Source: an uncultured Thermoleophilia bacterium (GTDB taxonomy: Bacteria; Actinomycetota; Thermoleophilia; UBA2241). From it: a stretch of 64,000 nt of DNA. The position numbers and the translations under genes are program-made. Position 1 is the stretch's first letter, and each line of letters starts with the position of its first letter. The notes beneath the pieces were generated by a model, which did not search any database, was not told where the DNA came from, and saw only the letters and a program-made list of their open reading frames with translations. Of this stretch, positions 29,655 through 42,096 are shown piece after piece. The stretch lies in NCBI GenBank assembly GCA_963707855.1, contig CAVPRQ010000020.1, positions 114,907 to 178,906 on the forward strand, read 5' to 3'.

Positions 29655-30576
29655 ATGCCCATCCCCGAAGTCGACAAGATCTGGATGAACGGCAAGCTCG
29701 TGCCCTGGAACGAGGCGAAGACCCACGTCCTCACGCACGCGCTGCACTACGGGTCCGGCGTCTTCGAGGGCATCCGCGCCTACAAGACCGAGCGCGGCGC
29801 CGCGGTCTTTCGCCTCACCGAGCACCTCGAGCGCCTGCGCCGCTCGGCCAAGCTCTACTACATGGAGCTGCCGTACACGGTGGCCGAGCTCGCCCAGGCT
29901 ACCCGCGACGTCATCAAGGCCAACGGCCTCGAGGCCTGCTACATCCGCCCGCTCGTCGTACCGCGGCTACGGCGAGATGGGCCTGTACCCGCTGCACGCC
30001 CCGGTCGACGCCGTCATCGCCGTCTGGCCCTGGGGCGCCTACCTCGGCGACGAGGGCATCAGGCACGGCATCCGCGCCAAGGTGTCGAGCATCCAGGCGC
30101 TCGGGCACACGCAGCTCGCGCGCGCCGCGAAGGCCACCGGCCAGTACCTCAACAGCATCCTCGCCAAGGTCGAGGTCACGAACGCGGGCTACGACGAGGC
30201 GATCATGCTCGACGCCGCCGGGCACGTCTGCGAAGGCTCGGGCGAGAACCTCTTCCTCGTCCGCGACGGCGTCCTGTACACGCCCTTCCCGGTCGACGGC
30301 GTGCTCGAGGGCATCACCCGCGACACCGTCATGCGGATCGCCGCCGACGAGGGCATCGAGGCGCGCGAGCGCACGCTCGCGCGCAGCGACCTCGTGATCG
30401 CCGACGAGCTCTTCTTCACCGGCACGGCGGCGGAGATCGTGCCCATCCGCGAGGTCGACGACCACGCGATCGGCGAGCCGGGACCGGTGACGCGGCGCAT
30501 CCAGCGGCGCTACCGCGACATCGTCGAAGGTCGCGACGCGACGTTCGCGCACTTCCTCGACCACGTCGGGGGCTGA
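29655..30576 (+). CDS. ilvE: branched-chain amino acid aminotransferase, with apparent +1 frameshift near 29950
   Basis: 29655.. gives [43 protein letters not shown]... and then shifts frame (expected ...[12 protein letters not shown]...). 29977..30576 continues with EGSGENLF and IVEG. A single extra g in ctcgtcgtaccgcgg is likely a sequencing indel. Confidence 0.75.
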
Positions 30577-30601
30577 CGACAGGGAGGGGAGCGAGGCGCA
30601 G

Positions 30602-32200
30602 CATGGCCACCGCGGCGAACACGACGGAACGTCCCGTGCAGGTCTACGACACGACCCTGCGCGACGGCATGCAGCAGGAGGGCATGTCGGTCTCGGTCGA
30701 CGAGAAGGTCCGCATCGCCCTCAAGCTCGACGAGCTCGGCCTGCAGTTCATCGAGGGCGGCTTTCCCGCCTCCAACCCCAAGGAGGCGGCGTTCTTCGCC
30801 CGCATGGAGCGCGAGCGGCTCGAGCACGCCGAGCTCGTCGCCTTCGGCATGACGAGGCGCAAGGCGGCCAAGGCCGCCGACGACGCCAACCTGCGCGTCC
30901 TCGCCGAGGTCTTCACCCCCACGGTGTGCATCGTCGGCAAGACCTGGGGCCTTCACCTGACCAAGGTGCTGCGCGTCAGCCGCGACGAGAACCTGCGCAT
31001 GATCGCCGACTCGGTCGGCTTTCTCGTCGGCGAGGGCAAGAAGGTCGTCTACGACGCGGAGCACTTCTTCGACGCCTATCGTGACGACGCCGCGTACGCG
31101 GTGGCGTGCGTCCGCGCCGCCGCCGAGGCGGGCGCGGGCGTCGTCTGCCTCTGCGACACCAACGGCGCCTCGCTGCCGTCGTTCGTCGAAGCCGTCGTCC
31201 GCGACGTCGCCGGCAAGGTCGACGACGCACGGTCGGCGTCCACATCCACAACGACAGCGACTGTGCCGTGGCCGGCAGCCTCGTCGCCGTGGCTGCCGGC
31301 GCGCGCCACGTGCAGGGCACCATGAACGGCTACGGCGAGCGCTGCGGTAACGCGAACCTGGTCTCGATCATCCCCGCCCTGCAGCTGAAGATGGGGCACC
31401 GTGTGCTGGGTGACGCGCAGCTCGAGCGCCTCACCGAGACGGCGCACTTCGTCGCCGAGCTGGCCAACGTCGCCCTCGGCGCGCACGCCCCGTACGTCGG
31501 GCGCTCCGCCTTCGCGCACAAGGGGGGTCTGCACGTCGCCGCCGTCGAGCAGGCCCCGCAGACCTTCGAGCACGTCGATCCCGCGCGCGTCGGCAACGAG
31601 CAGCGGGTCCTGATCTCGGAGCTCTCCGGCAAGGGCGCCGTCTTGCGCAAGGCGCAGGAGATCGGCCTGCAGCTCTCGGGCGACGACGAGCGTGTCGCCG
31701 CCGTGCTGAGCAGCCTCAAGGAACGCGAGCACCGCGGCTACCACTACGAGGCCGCGGACGCCTCGTTCGACCTCCTGCTTCGCGACGCGATGGCCCCGCA
31801 CGAGCCGCTCTTCCGCCTCGAGAGCTTCCGCGTGATGGTCGAGAAACGCGAGGACGGCAGGGCGGTCTGCGAGGCGACGATCAAGATCCACGTCGGCGGG
31901 GAGCGGCTCATCAGCACCGCCGAGGGGAACGGCCCCGTCAACGCGCTCGACTCCGCGCTGCGCCAGGCGATCGTGCGCACGCACCCGCACCTCGCCGACA
32001 TCGAGCTCGTCAACTACAAGGTGCGCATTCTCGACGAGGCCAAGGGCACGGGCGCCGTGACCCGCGTCCTTCTGGACGCGAGCGACGGCGAGCGCAGCTG
32101 GGGCAGCATCGGCGTCTCGGAGAACATCATCGAGGCGAGCTGGGAGGCCCTGGTCGACTCGATCGAGTACGGGATGCTGCGCGGCCCCGAGGGAAGAGGA
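30602..32200 (+). CDS. cimA: (R)-citramalate synthase / LeuA-family synthase (CimA-like), apparent frameshift near 31240 and uncertain 3' end
   Basis: [30 protein letters not shown] is a CimA-type N-terminus. The frame switches at about 31240 ([40 protein letters not shown] continues in ORF 31106..). Conservation ends near EYGMLRG and the stop position is unclear. Confidence 0.6.
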
Positions 32201-32339
32201 GTGACGGCGGACGCCGTGGGGCGGCCGCCGGCCGGCGCCTTCGGCCGCGCCCTGGTCGAGGGCGAGGCGCGCTGCTGGCGCTCGACCGGCGCCGCGGTCG
32301 AGGTGCTCGACCGGCCGGCGTACGAGCGAGGGCGTCCGC

Positions 32340-32987
32340 GTGACGGGAGAGGCAGGGCTCGCCGACCTTCGTCTGCTCGCCCCGGTCGTCCCCACGAAGG
32401 TCGTCGCCGTCGGGCTCAACTATCGCGCCCACGCCGACGAGCTGAGCATGGAGACCGCCGCCGAGCCGATCCTCTTTCTCAAGCCGGCGACGTCGGTGAT
32501 CGGGCCGGGTGAAGCCATCGTCTGCCCCGCCCGCTCGATGCGCGTCGACTACGAGGCCGAGCTCGCCCTCGTCGTGGGCCGGCGCTGCAAGGACGTCGCG
32601 CCGGCCGAAGCCGCGGCGTGCGTGGCCGGCTACACCTGCGGCAACGACGTCACGGCCCGCGACCTGCAGCAGCTCGACGGCCAGTGGACCCGAGCCAAGA
32701 GCTTCGACACGTTCTGCCCGCTCGGGCCGTGGGTCGTGGCCGAGGCGCCGTCGGCGGAGGCGCGCGTGAGCGCGCTGCTCGACGGCGCCGAGGTCCAGCA
32801 CGGCCACGTCGGCGACATGATCGTCTCGCCGCTCGAGCTGCTCGCGTTCGTCAGCGGCATCATGACCCTCGAGCCCGGCGACGTGCTGCTGACCGGCACC
32901 CCGCCCGGCATCGGGCCCATCCGGCCGGGTCAGACGGTGAGCATCGTCGTCGGGGGAGTCGGCCGGCTCGACAGCCCGGTCGCCTGA
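32340..32987 (+). CDS. fumarylacetoacetate hydrolase (FAH) family protein (YcgM-like)
   Basis: 215 aa. VVAVGLNYRAHADE, ILFLKP and YEAELALVVGR are FAH-fold motifs. Its size matches short YcgM-type members. Confidence 0.8.
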   Translation: MTGEAGLADLRLLAPVVPTKVVAVGLNYRAHADELSMETAAEPILFLKPATSVIGPGEAIVCPARSMRVDYEAELALVVGRRCKDVAPAEAAACVAGYTCGNDVTARDLQQLDGQWTRAKSFDTFCPLGPWVVAEAPSAEARVSALLDGAEVQHGHVGDMIVSPLELLAFVSGIMTLEPGDVLLTGTPPGIGPIRPGQTVSIVVGGVGRLDSPVA

Positions 32988-33055
32988 TCGCCGTCGGGAC
33001 GGCGTCCGGTGACGGCGGCCCTCACCGGCCACCGTGGTAGAATCGAGGACCGTCG

Positions 33056-36000
33056 ATGGCCTCCCAGTTCGTGCATCTCCACGTCCACAGCGAGTTCTCG
33101 CTGCTGGACGGAGCCTGCCGCATCCCCGCCCTCGTCGCCCGCGCCCAGGAGCTCGGCATGCCGGCGGTCGCGGTCACCGATCACGGGACGCTCGCCGGCG
33201 CCGTCCAGTTCTACACGGCCGCGGTCAAGGCGGGTATCAAGCCCATCATCGGCATCGAGCTGTACGTGGCGGGCGACCGGCGCGCGCGCGGCGGCGTCAA
33301 GGAGCGCTTCGCCCACTTGACGCTCCTCGCGCGCGACCTCGAAGGCTACCGCAACCTCGTCAAGCTCTCGACGCGCGCCTACCTCGAGGGCTACTACTAC
33401 AAGCCGCGCGCCGACTGGGACCTGCTGGCCGCGCACAAGGACGGACTCATCTGCCTCACGGGCTGCATGAGCGGCCGCGCCTCGCTGCTGCTGCGCGAGG
33501 GCAACGCCGACGCGGCCGAGGACGAGGTCCGCCGCCTCGCCGACCTCTTCGGCGCCGAGAACGTCTACGTCGAGCTCCAGGACGCCGGGCTGCCCGAGCA
33601 GCGCGAGCTGCTGCCGCTGCAGGCGGCGCTCGCGCAGCGGCTCGGGCTCAAGACCGTGGCCACCAACGACGTCCACTACCTGCGTCACGAGGACGCCTAC
33701 GCCCACGACGCCCTGCTCTGCATCCAGACGCAGAGCAACCTCGGCGACGAGGACCGCATGCGCTACGGCAGCGACGAGTTCTACCTCAAGTCGGCCGAGG
33801 AGATGCGCGACCGGTTCCGCGACTACCCCGAGGCCTGTGACGCCACCCTCGAGATCGCCGAGCGCTGCGACGTCACCCTCGAGTTCGGCGGCTACCTGCT
33901 GCCGCACTACCCCGTGCCCGAGGGCCAGACCGAGGCGTCGTACCTGCGCGAGCTCTGCGAGCGGGGCATCGTGCGGCGCTACGGGGCCGAGCCCGGTCAG
34001 GAGGTGCGCGAGCGCCTCGACTACGAGCTCGGCGTCATCGGCGACATGGGCTTCGACGCCTACTTCCTCATCGTCTGGGACTTCGTCAAGTTCGCCAAGG
34101 ACAGCGGCATCGCCGTGGGCCCCGGGCGCGGCTCGGCCGCCGGCTCGATCGTCAGCTACGCCCTCGCCATCACCGACATCGACCCGCTCAAGTACGACCT
34201 CCTCTTCGAGCGCTTCCTCAACCCGGGGCGCAAGAGCATGCCGGACGTCGACACCGACTTCTCGGTGGCGCGCCGCGAGGAGGTCATCGATTACGTGGCG
34301 CGCAAGTACGGCCGCGACCACGTCGCCCAGATCATCACCTTCGGCACCATGGCGGCGCGGGCCGCGACGCGGGACGCGGCCCGGGTGATGGGCCTGCCCT
34401 ACGCCGTCGGCGACAAGATCGCCAAGATGATCCCCGAGCAGGCGCCGCCGGCGACCTTCGAGCAGGCCATGCTCCCGGGCGGCGAGCTTCGCCAGGCCTA
34501 CGACGCCGACGCCCAGGTCAAGGCGGTCGTCGACCTGGCGATGAGCCTCGAGGGCCTCATCCGCAACGATTCCATCCACGCCGCCGCGGTGGTCATCAGC
34601 GACAAGCCGCTCACCGAGTACGTCCCTCTGCAGCAGAAGGGCGACGCCGAGATCGTCACTCAGTTCAGCATGGACGACGTCGCCAGGCTCGGTCTGCTCA
34701 AGATGGACTTCCTCGGCCTGCGCAACCTCGACGTGATCGAGGCCGCGCTGGCGATCATCGAGAGGACCCATGGGGTCTGCATCGAGATCGACCAGCTGCC
34801 GCTCGACGACGCGAAGACCTACCAGATGCTCGCCCGCGGCGACTCCACCGGCGTCTTCCAGTTCGAGAGCGCCGGCATGCGCGAGGCGCTGCGCGACGTC
34901 CGCCCGACGCAGTTCGAGGACCTCATCGCCATCGTCGCCCTGTACCGGCCGGGTCCCATGCAGTACATCCCGGCCTACGCCCGCAACAAGCGGGACCCGG
35001 CCTCCGTCATCTACGATCACGAGTCCCTGCGCCCGATCCTCGAGCCCACCCACGGCGTGACCATCTACCAGGAGCAGTACATGGCCATCGCCCGCCGGGT
35101 GGCGGGGTTCACGCCGGCCCAGGCCGACGACCTGCGCAAGGCGATCAGCAAGAAGGACAAGCAGCTCATGGGCTCGCTGAAGGAGCCGATGATGCACGGG
35201 CTCGCGGCGAGCGGCGTGCCCGGCGGCATCGCCCAGAAGCTGTGGGCCAACTTCGAGGCCACCGGCGACTACTCGTTCAACAAGAGCCACGCCGCCTGCT
35301 ACGCGCTGATCAGCTACCGCACCGCCTGGCTCAAGGCGAACTACCCGGTCGAGTACATGGCGGCGCTCATCTCGAGTGTCATGAACACCAAGGACAAGGT
35401 CCCCTTCTACGTCAACCAGTGCCACGAGCTGGGCATCGAGGTCCTGCCCCCGGACGTCAACGAGAGCGACGTCGGCTTCACCGTGGTCGAGGGCAAGATC
35501 CGCTTCGGCCTCAACGCCGTGAAGGGCGTCGGTGTCGGCGCGATCGAGGCGATCGTCGCCGCCCGCGACGCGGGCGGCCCGTTCGCCTCGGTGTACGACT
35601 TCTGCGCCCGGGTCGACTCGCAGCTCGTCAACAAGCGCGTCCTCGAGGCGCTCGTCAAGAGCGGCGCCTTCGACTCGACCGGCGATCCGCGCCGCGGCAT
35701 GCTCGAGGCGCTTCCGGCGGCGATGGCCGACGGGGAGCGCCGGCGCAGGGACCGCGACCAGGGCCAGGGTGGCCTCTTCGATCTCGCCCCGGACGAGCAC
35801 GCGGCGCAGACGCCGACCGTATCGGGGCGCGAGTACGACCAGGCGACGCGGCTGCGCTTCGAGAAGGAGGCGCTCGGCCTCTACGTGTCCTCGCACCCTC
35901 TCCAGGGGCTGCGCGAGCAGCTCCGCGCCGAGGTCGACGTCCCCGTCGGCGCGCTCGACGAGACGGCCGGCGAGGTGATCCTGTGGACCGGCGGCATCGT

Positions 36001-36470
36001 CACCGGCGTTCAGCGCAAGGTGAACAAGCAGGGCGGCGTGTGGCTCGTCTTTCGCCTCGAGGACGTCGACGGCAGCTGCGAGTGCATCGCCTGGGCGAGC
36101 ACCTACGAGCAGTACCGCGACCTGCTCGTCGAGGACTCCATCGTCAAGGTCAAAGGACGCCTCGACCGGCGGACCGAGGACGAGGTCAAGCTCGTCGCCC
36201 TCGAGGTGGTGCCGTTCGGCGGCGTCAGCGAGTTCCGGCCGCTCACGCTCACGATCGACGCCGGGACCGTCCAGCCCACGGTGCATCGACGACCTCAAGC
36301 GTGTCCTGGCCGACTTCCCCGGCAAGGTGCCTGTCATCCTGCACATGGTCGCCGACGGGCGGCTCACCCGCCTCCGCGTCGGCGACGGGCTGCGCGTCGA
36401 CCCGGCCGCCGGCCTGTACGCCGAGCTCAAGGCGCTGCTCGGCGAGAGCAGCGTCCAGGCGGGCGTCTGA
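33056..36470 (+). CDS. dnaE: DNA polymerase III alpha subunit, with apparent frameshift near 36283
   Basis: ORF 33056..36508 has a PHP domain (FVHLHVHSEFSLLDGA) and the polymerase core. After about 36283 the annotated frame becomes Arg-rich nonsense, while another frame gives the canonical C-terminus IDDLKRVLADFPGKVPVILHMVADGRLTRLRVGDG...LLGESSVQAGV ending at 36470. As this is an essential gene, it is an assembly indel. Confidence 0.85.
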
Positions 36471-36504
36471 GGGCGCCCGCCGGTCACCCGACGATGGAGG
36501 GGCC

Positions 36505-37701
36505 ATGATCCCCGAAGGCATGCGCGACGTCCTGCCCGGCGAGGCCGCCGAGCTGCACGCCGTCGAGGCCGTCCTGCGGGCGCGCTTCGCCGCCTACGGC
36601 TACGGCGAGGTCCGCACCCCGACCCTGGAGTTCGCCGAGACCCTGGAGCTCGCCGCCGACGACACCCTGGGCGGCGGGTACCGGCTGTTCGACGACCAGG
36701 GCCGGGAGCTCATGCTGCGCACCGACATGACGGTGCCCGTGGCGCGGCTCGCCGCCGCCCGCTACCGCGACAAGCCGCTGCCCCTGCGCCTCTTCTACGT
36801 CGGCGGGTCGTTCCGCCCGTGGGCGCCGCAGCGCAGCCAGGACGGCGAGTTCCTCCAGGCCGGCGTCGAGCTGCTCGGCGAGGCGACGGCAGAGGCCGAC
36901 GCCGAGTGCGTCGCCCTGCTCTGCGACGCCCTCGAGTCGTGCGGGCTCCCCGAGTACAGCGTGACGCTGAACACGATGGCCTTCCCGACCGCCCTCGTCG
37001 ACACGCTCGGGCTCGAGGCCGACGACAGCGAGGCGCTGCTCGAAGCTCTGGCCGACCGCGACTACCCGCTGCTCGAGACGATCGTGTCCAACGCCTCCGA
37101 CGGCGACGAGGCGCTCAAGGCGCTGCAGGCGACGCTGGCTCTGGGCGGCACGCGCGACAGCCTCGCCCAGGCGCGCAAGCTCGCGACGACGCCGGCGATG
37201 GAGGCCGCCATCCAGCGCCTCGTGAAGGTGCGCGACCTGGTGGCCGAGGCGGGCTACGAGGACGCCGTCACCTTCGACTTCGGCCTCTTCCAGGACCTGG
37301 ACTACTACACGGGCGTGATCTTCGAAGCCTGGGCGCCGGGTGTCGGGTTGCCGGTCGCTTCGGGCGGTCGCTACGACGAGCTCCCGGCGCGCTTCGAGTG
37401 GGAGGTGCCGGGGGTCGGCTTCGCCATCGCCCTGGACCGGCTGCGGGACGCCCTCGACGAAGCTGGGCGTCTGCCGGCCGCCGAGACGGCGCCGCTCGCG
37501 TTCGCCGGCGGGTTCGAGGAGCCGGCGCGAGTGGCGGAGCTGCGTCGCGCCGGCCTCGCGGTGGCGGCGCTGCCGGACGACGCGGCGCCTCCCGCGCCGT
37601 CCCTGCGCCGCGAGGGCGGCCGCTACCTGCTCGAGCTCGCCGACGGCCGCAAGGCCGACGGGTCGTGGCGCGAGATCCTGCGCGCCCTGGGGCTCGCATG
37701 A
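36505..37701 (+). CDS. hisZ: ATP phosphoribosyltransferase regulatory subunit (HisRS paralog)
   Basis: MIPEGMRDVLPGEAAELHAVEAVLRARFAAYGYGEVRTPTLEF is a class-II aaRS-like core lacking the anticodon-binding domain. It lies directly upstream of short-form hisG. Confidence 0.85.
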   Translation: MIPEGMRDVLPGEAAELHAVEAVLRARFAAYGYGEVRTPTLEFAETLELAADDTLGGGYRLFDDQGRELMLRTDMTVPVARLAAARYRDKPLPLRLFYVGGSFRPWAPQRSQDGEFLQAGVELLGEATAEADAECVALLCDALESCGLPEYSVTLNTMAFPTALVDTLGLEADDSEALLEALADRDYPLLETIVSNASDGDEALKALQATLALGGTRDSLAQARKLATTPAMEAAIQRLVKVRDLVAEAGYEDAVTFDFGLFQDLDYYTGVIFEAWAPGVGLPVASGGRYDELPARFEWEVPGVGFAIALDRLRDALDEAGRLPAAETAPLAFAGGFEEPARVAELRRAGLAVAALPDDAAPPAPSLRREGGRYLLELADGRKADGSWREILRALGLA

Positions 37702-38324
37702 CGCTTCGCGTCGGTCTCGAGCCGCAACCTCAGCTCGAGGCGATCCTTGGGCTGCTCGCGGCGGCGGGGCTCCCCGTGGCGGCGCTCCGCGGCCTGCAGC
37801 ATCAGCCCGGCGTCGTGGACGCCGGCGACGTCACCTGGGTGCGTGCCCCGGGGGCCGACCTGCTCGGCTTCTGCGAGAGCGGGGTGCTCGACCTGGCCGT
37901 CGTCGGCAAGGAACTGCTGCTCGAGCACGAGCCCGACGTCTTCGAGCTGCTCGACCTGCGCGTCGCCCCGGCGCGGCTCCTCTTCGCCGTCGCGGACGGC
38001 GTCCGCGACGACCGGCGCGGCCGGCTGCGCGTCGCGACGCGCTTCCCGCGCCTGACGGCGCGGCACTTCGCCGCCGGGGGGTTGCAGGTGCAACCGGTGC
38101 GGCTCACCACGGCGGCGACGCTGGCCGTCTCCCTTGGACTCGCCGACGGCGTCGTCGAGCTCGACACCGTCATCGGCGCCGCGTCGCTGCCGGATCTCGT
38201 CCAGCGCGAGACGGTCGCGCGCTGCGGGGCGCGCCTCGTGGCGGGGCGCGCGGCGCGCTCGCTGCGCGGTGCGGAGATCGCCGCGCTGCTCGCCCGCCTG
38301 CGCGCCCTGCTCGAGCATCGCTGA
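37698..38324 (+). CDS. hisG: ATP phosphoribosyltransferase, short form
   Basis: 208 aa with a HisG fold and no C-terminal regulatory domain. Its start overlaps the hisZ stop. Confidence 0.85.
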   Translation: MTLRVGLEPQPQLEAILGLLAAAGLPVAALRGLQHQPGVVDAGDVTWVRAPGADLLGFCESGVLDLAVVGKELLLEHEPDVFELLDLRVAPARLLFAVADGVRDDRRGRLRVATRFPRLTARHFAAGGLQVQPVRLTTAATLAVSLGLADGVVELDTVIGAASLPDLVQRETVARCGARLVAGRAARSLRGAEIAALLARLRALLEHR

Positions 38325-38418
38325 CCGTCGCGCCGGACGGTGACGGACCGCCGCGCCGCTCGGCCTTTCCCCAGGCGTGAGCCTGTGGTACAACTCGGGC
38401 CTCCCCGAGGAGGAGCGC

Positions 38419-39009
38419 ATGCCCGCACGCCGCGCAGAGGTGCACCGCACCACCAACGAGACCGACATCGCCCTCACCCTCGACCTGGACGGCTCCGGCG
38501 TCGCCGAGGTGGGGACGGGCATCGGGTTCTTCGACCACATGCTCGAGCTCTTCGCCTATCACAGCCGCTTCGACCTGCGCCTGAAGGCGAGCGGCGACCT
38601 CGACGTCGACGGCCACCACACGGTGGAGGACGTCGGGCTCGCGCTGGGTCAGGCGCTGCGCGAGGCGCTCGGCGACAAGCGCGGGATCTGGCGCTACGGC
38701 TCGTGTCTTCTGCCGATGGACGAGGCGCTCGCCATGGTCGCGCTCGACCTGTCGGGCCGTCCGTTCTTCGCTCACGACCTGCAGCTCGCGGGGGTGCGGT
38801 TGGGCAGCTTCGAGGCCGAGCTCGCGCCGCACTTCTTCCGCTCGCTCGCCACGCATGCCGGCATGACCCTGCACGTGCGCCTGCTGGCCGGCAGCGACAC
38901 CCACCACATCGTCGAGGCCGTGTTCAAGGGTGTGGCGCGCGCGCTGGCGGAGGCCTGCGCGCGCCACGGCCGGGACGACGAGGTGCCCTCGACCAAGGGG
39001 ACGCTCTGA
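38419..39009 (+). CDS. hisB: imidazoleglycerol-phosphate dehydratase
   Basis: An ATG at 38419 follows GGAGGAG. RTTNETDIALTLDLDG and HHTVEDVGLALG are IGPD motifs. Confidence 0.9.
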   Translation: MPARRAEVHRTTNETDIALTLDLDGSGVAEVGTGIGFFDHMLELFAYHSRFDLRLKASGDLDVDGHHTVEDVGLALGQALREALGDKRGIWRYGSCLLPMDEALAMVALDLSGRPFFAHDLQLAGVRLGSFEAELAPHFFRSLATHAGMTLHVRLLAGSDTHHIVEAVFKGVARALAEACARHGRDDEVPSTKGTL

Positions 39010-39028
39010 AGCTCCCGGGGAGGCCGAG

Positions 39029-39753
39029 GTGACGCCGGCGCGGCCGACCGGTGGGCGACCCGCGGTCGCCGTCATCGACTACGGCATGGGCAACCTCGCG
39101 AGTGTGGCCAAGGCGCTCGAGCGCGCCGGTGGCGAGGTGCGCCTCGTCGACGCCACGGCCGGCCTCGGACGCGCCGACGCCGTCGTCCTGCCGGGCGTCG
39201 GCGCCTTTCGCGATGCCGCGGCCCGGCTCGAGGCGACGGGCCTCGGCGCCGCCGTCCTCGAGCGCATCGCCGCCGGCGTGCCCTTCCTCGGCGTCTGTCT
39301 GGGCCTCCAGCTCCTCTTCGAGAGCAGCGGGGAGGGCGGCCGCTGGCAGGGGCTCGGCGTGTTCGGCGGCACCGTCGAGCGGCTCGAGACCGACCTCAAG
39401 GTGCCGCACATCGGCTGGAACGACCTCGACGTGGACGGCGGCGGGGGAGGGCATGGCCCGCGGCCTGCCCGCCCCCGCCGCCGTTCTACTTCGTCCACTC
39501 CTACGCGGCGCGGCCGTCCGACGCCGGCTGTGTCGCCGCGGTCACCGACTACGGCGGTCCGGTCGTCGCGGCGGTGGCGCGCGACAACGTCTGGGCGGTA
39601 CAGTTCCATCCGGAGAAGAGTTCCGGTACAGGCCTTTCCCTGCTGGCCAACTTCGTCGCCCGCGCGCAGGATGAGCGCGGCGACCGGCGAACGCCCACCG
39701 GAGAGGCAGACGCCCGGCAAGGGCGATCGTTCCCAGAGGAGAGCTGCCGATGA
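39029..39753 (+). CDS. hisH: imidazole glycerol phosphate synthase glutamine amidotransferase subunit, with apparent frameshift near 39455
   Basis: A GTG at 39029 gives ...[20 protein letters not shown]...GVCLGLQLL...HIGWNDL. After an extra base, another frame supplies the expected ...[11 protein letters not shown]...VQFHPEKS, and the stop overlaps the hisA ATG. Confidence 0.8.
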
Positions 39754-40475
39754 TCGTCTTCCCGGCGATCGACATCAAGGACGGCAAGGCGGTGCGCCTG
39801 CGGCGCGGCGACTTCGACGACGTCACCGTGTTCGCCGACGATCCCGTGGCCCTGGCGCGGCACTGGCAGGCCGAGGGCGCCGAGGCCCTGCACGTCGTCG
39901 ATCTCGACGCGGCGCGGACCGGCGAGCTGGTCAACGTCGAGATACTCGAGCAGATCGTCCACGCCGTCGACATCCCGATCCAGTACGGCGGCGGCATCCG
40001 CTCCGACAAGAGCCTGGCGATCGTCGCCGGTCTGGGCGTGCACTGGGTCGTCATGGGCACCGCGGCGATCACCGCCCAGGAGCTCCTCGCCGACGCCGTC
40101 AACTGGCTCGGCGACCGCCTCGTGGTCGGCATGGACTGCACCGAAGGCATGGTCGCGACCCATGGCTGGCAGCAGCGCACGCAGATGAGCGCGGTGCGCT
40201 TCGTGCGCATCCTCGAGGAGCACGGCGTCAAGCGCGTCGTCTACACCGACACGGCACGCGACGGCATGCTCGGCGGGCCGAACCTCATCAGCCTGCGCGA
40301 CCTCGCCGAGATGACCTCGCTCGAGCTCGTCTGCTCGGGCGGCGTCGCGCTTCTCGACGACCTCCGTCGGCTGGCGCGGATCAAGGCGTCGAACATCGTC
40401 GGCGTCATCGTCGGCCGGGCGCTCTACGAGCGGGCGTTCACGCTCGCCGACGCCATGGCCGCCGTCCGCGGCTGA
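39750..40475 (+). CDS. hisA: ProFAR isomerase
   Basis: 241 aa. [17 protein letters not shown] is a (beta/alpha)8 HisA signature. Confidence 0.9.
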   Translation: MIVFPAIDIKDGKAVRLRRGDFDDVTVFADDPVALARHWQAEGAEALHVVDLDAARTGELVNVEILEQIVHAVDIPIQYGGGIRSDKSLAIVAGLGVHWVVMGTAAITAQELLADAVNWLGDRLVVGMDCTEGMVATHGWQQRTQMSAVRFVRILEEHGVKRVVYTDTARDGMLGGPNLISLRDLAEMTSLELVCSGGVALLDDLRRLARIKASNIVGVIVGRALYERAFTLADAMAAVRG

Positions 40476-40491
40476 CGCCGGGCCGGTCCCC

Positions 40492-41267
<776 letters not shown>

Positions 41268-41271
<4 letters not shown>

Positions 41272-41975
41272 GCGCCGAGCGCGTCGATCTGACGGCCCTC
41301 GACATGGCCGCCGCGAGCGCGCTGCCGCTGCGGCTCGCCGTCGCGCGCCTCGTCTGCTTTCCGACCGACACCGTGTACGGCATCGGCGGTGCGCTGTCGC
41401 CGGCGACGGTCGCGGCGATCGTCGCCGTCAAGGGCAGGGATCCCGAGAAGCCCCTGCAGGTGATCTTCCCGAACCGCGAGCTGCTGCTCGCCGCCGTGCC
41501 CCTGGGCCGGCGCACGACCGACGCCTGTCTGCGCCTGCTGCCCGGGCCGGTCACGCTGGTCGTGCCGTACCCGGAGGGCTTCAGCTGCCCGCCGCCGGGC
41601 GAGGTCGTCCACGACGAGAAGCGCGGCCTCGGGAGGACCAGAAGCGTCCGGGTGCCCACGCTTGGCTTGCGCGTACCGCGCTGGCCGGCGCCGGCGCGCC
41701 TGCTCGAGACGCTGCCGTTCCCCCTCGTCGCCTCGAGTGCCAACCCGAGCGGCGCGCCGGCGCCGGCGACCCTCGACGCCGTCGATCCCGGCGTGCTCGC
41801 GGCCTGCGACCTGGCGCTCGATGGAGGGCCCGCGGGGGGCGTCGCCTCGACGGTCGTCGACTTGAGCCGCTACGAGGAGACGGGCCGCTGGCGCGTCCTG
41901 CGCGGGGGGGACTGGGGGCCGGCCGAGATCGAAGAGCGCCTCACGCGCCGCCGCGACGACCTGCCCCCGCTCTGA
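41268..41975 (+). CDS. tsaC: L-threonylcarbamoyladenylate synthase (YrdC/Sua5 family)
   Basis: 235 aa with [13 protein letters not shown] and SSANPSG motifs. Confidence 0.8.
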
Positions 41976-42096
41976 CGCCGGCGGGTCGTCGGGCGCCGGC
42001 GCCAGACTGGTACAATCACGACCTTGGTGCGGAGCGGCCTGGCCTCCCGGCCGGGCGCGTCCGCACCCTCCGACCACCGAACGAGGGGACGCTGCC

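Noticed and set aside
32930-36487. 1185-aa minus-strand ORF
   Set aside because: It is exactly antisense to dnaE and has no start-proximal signals or protein-like composition. It is a high-GC artefact.
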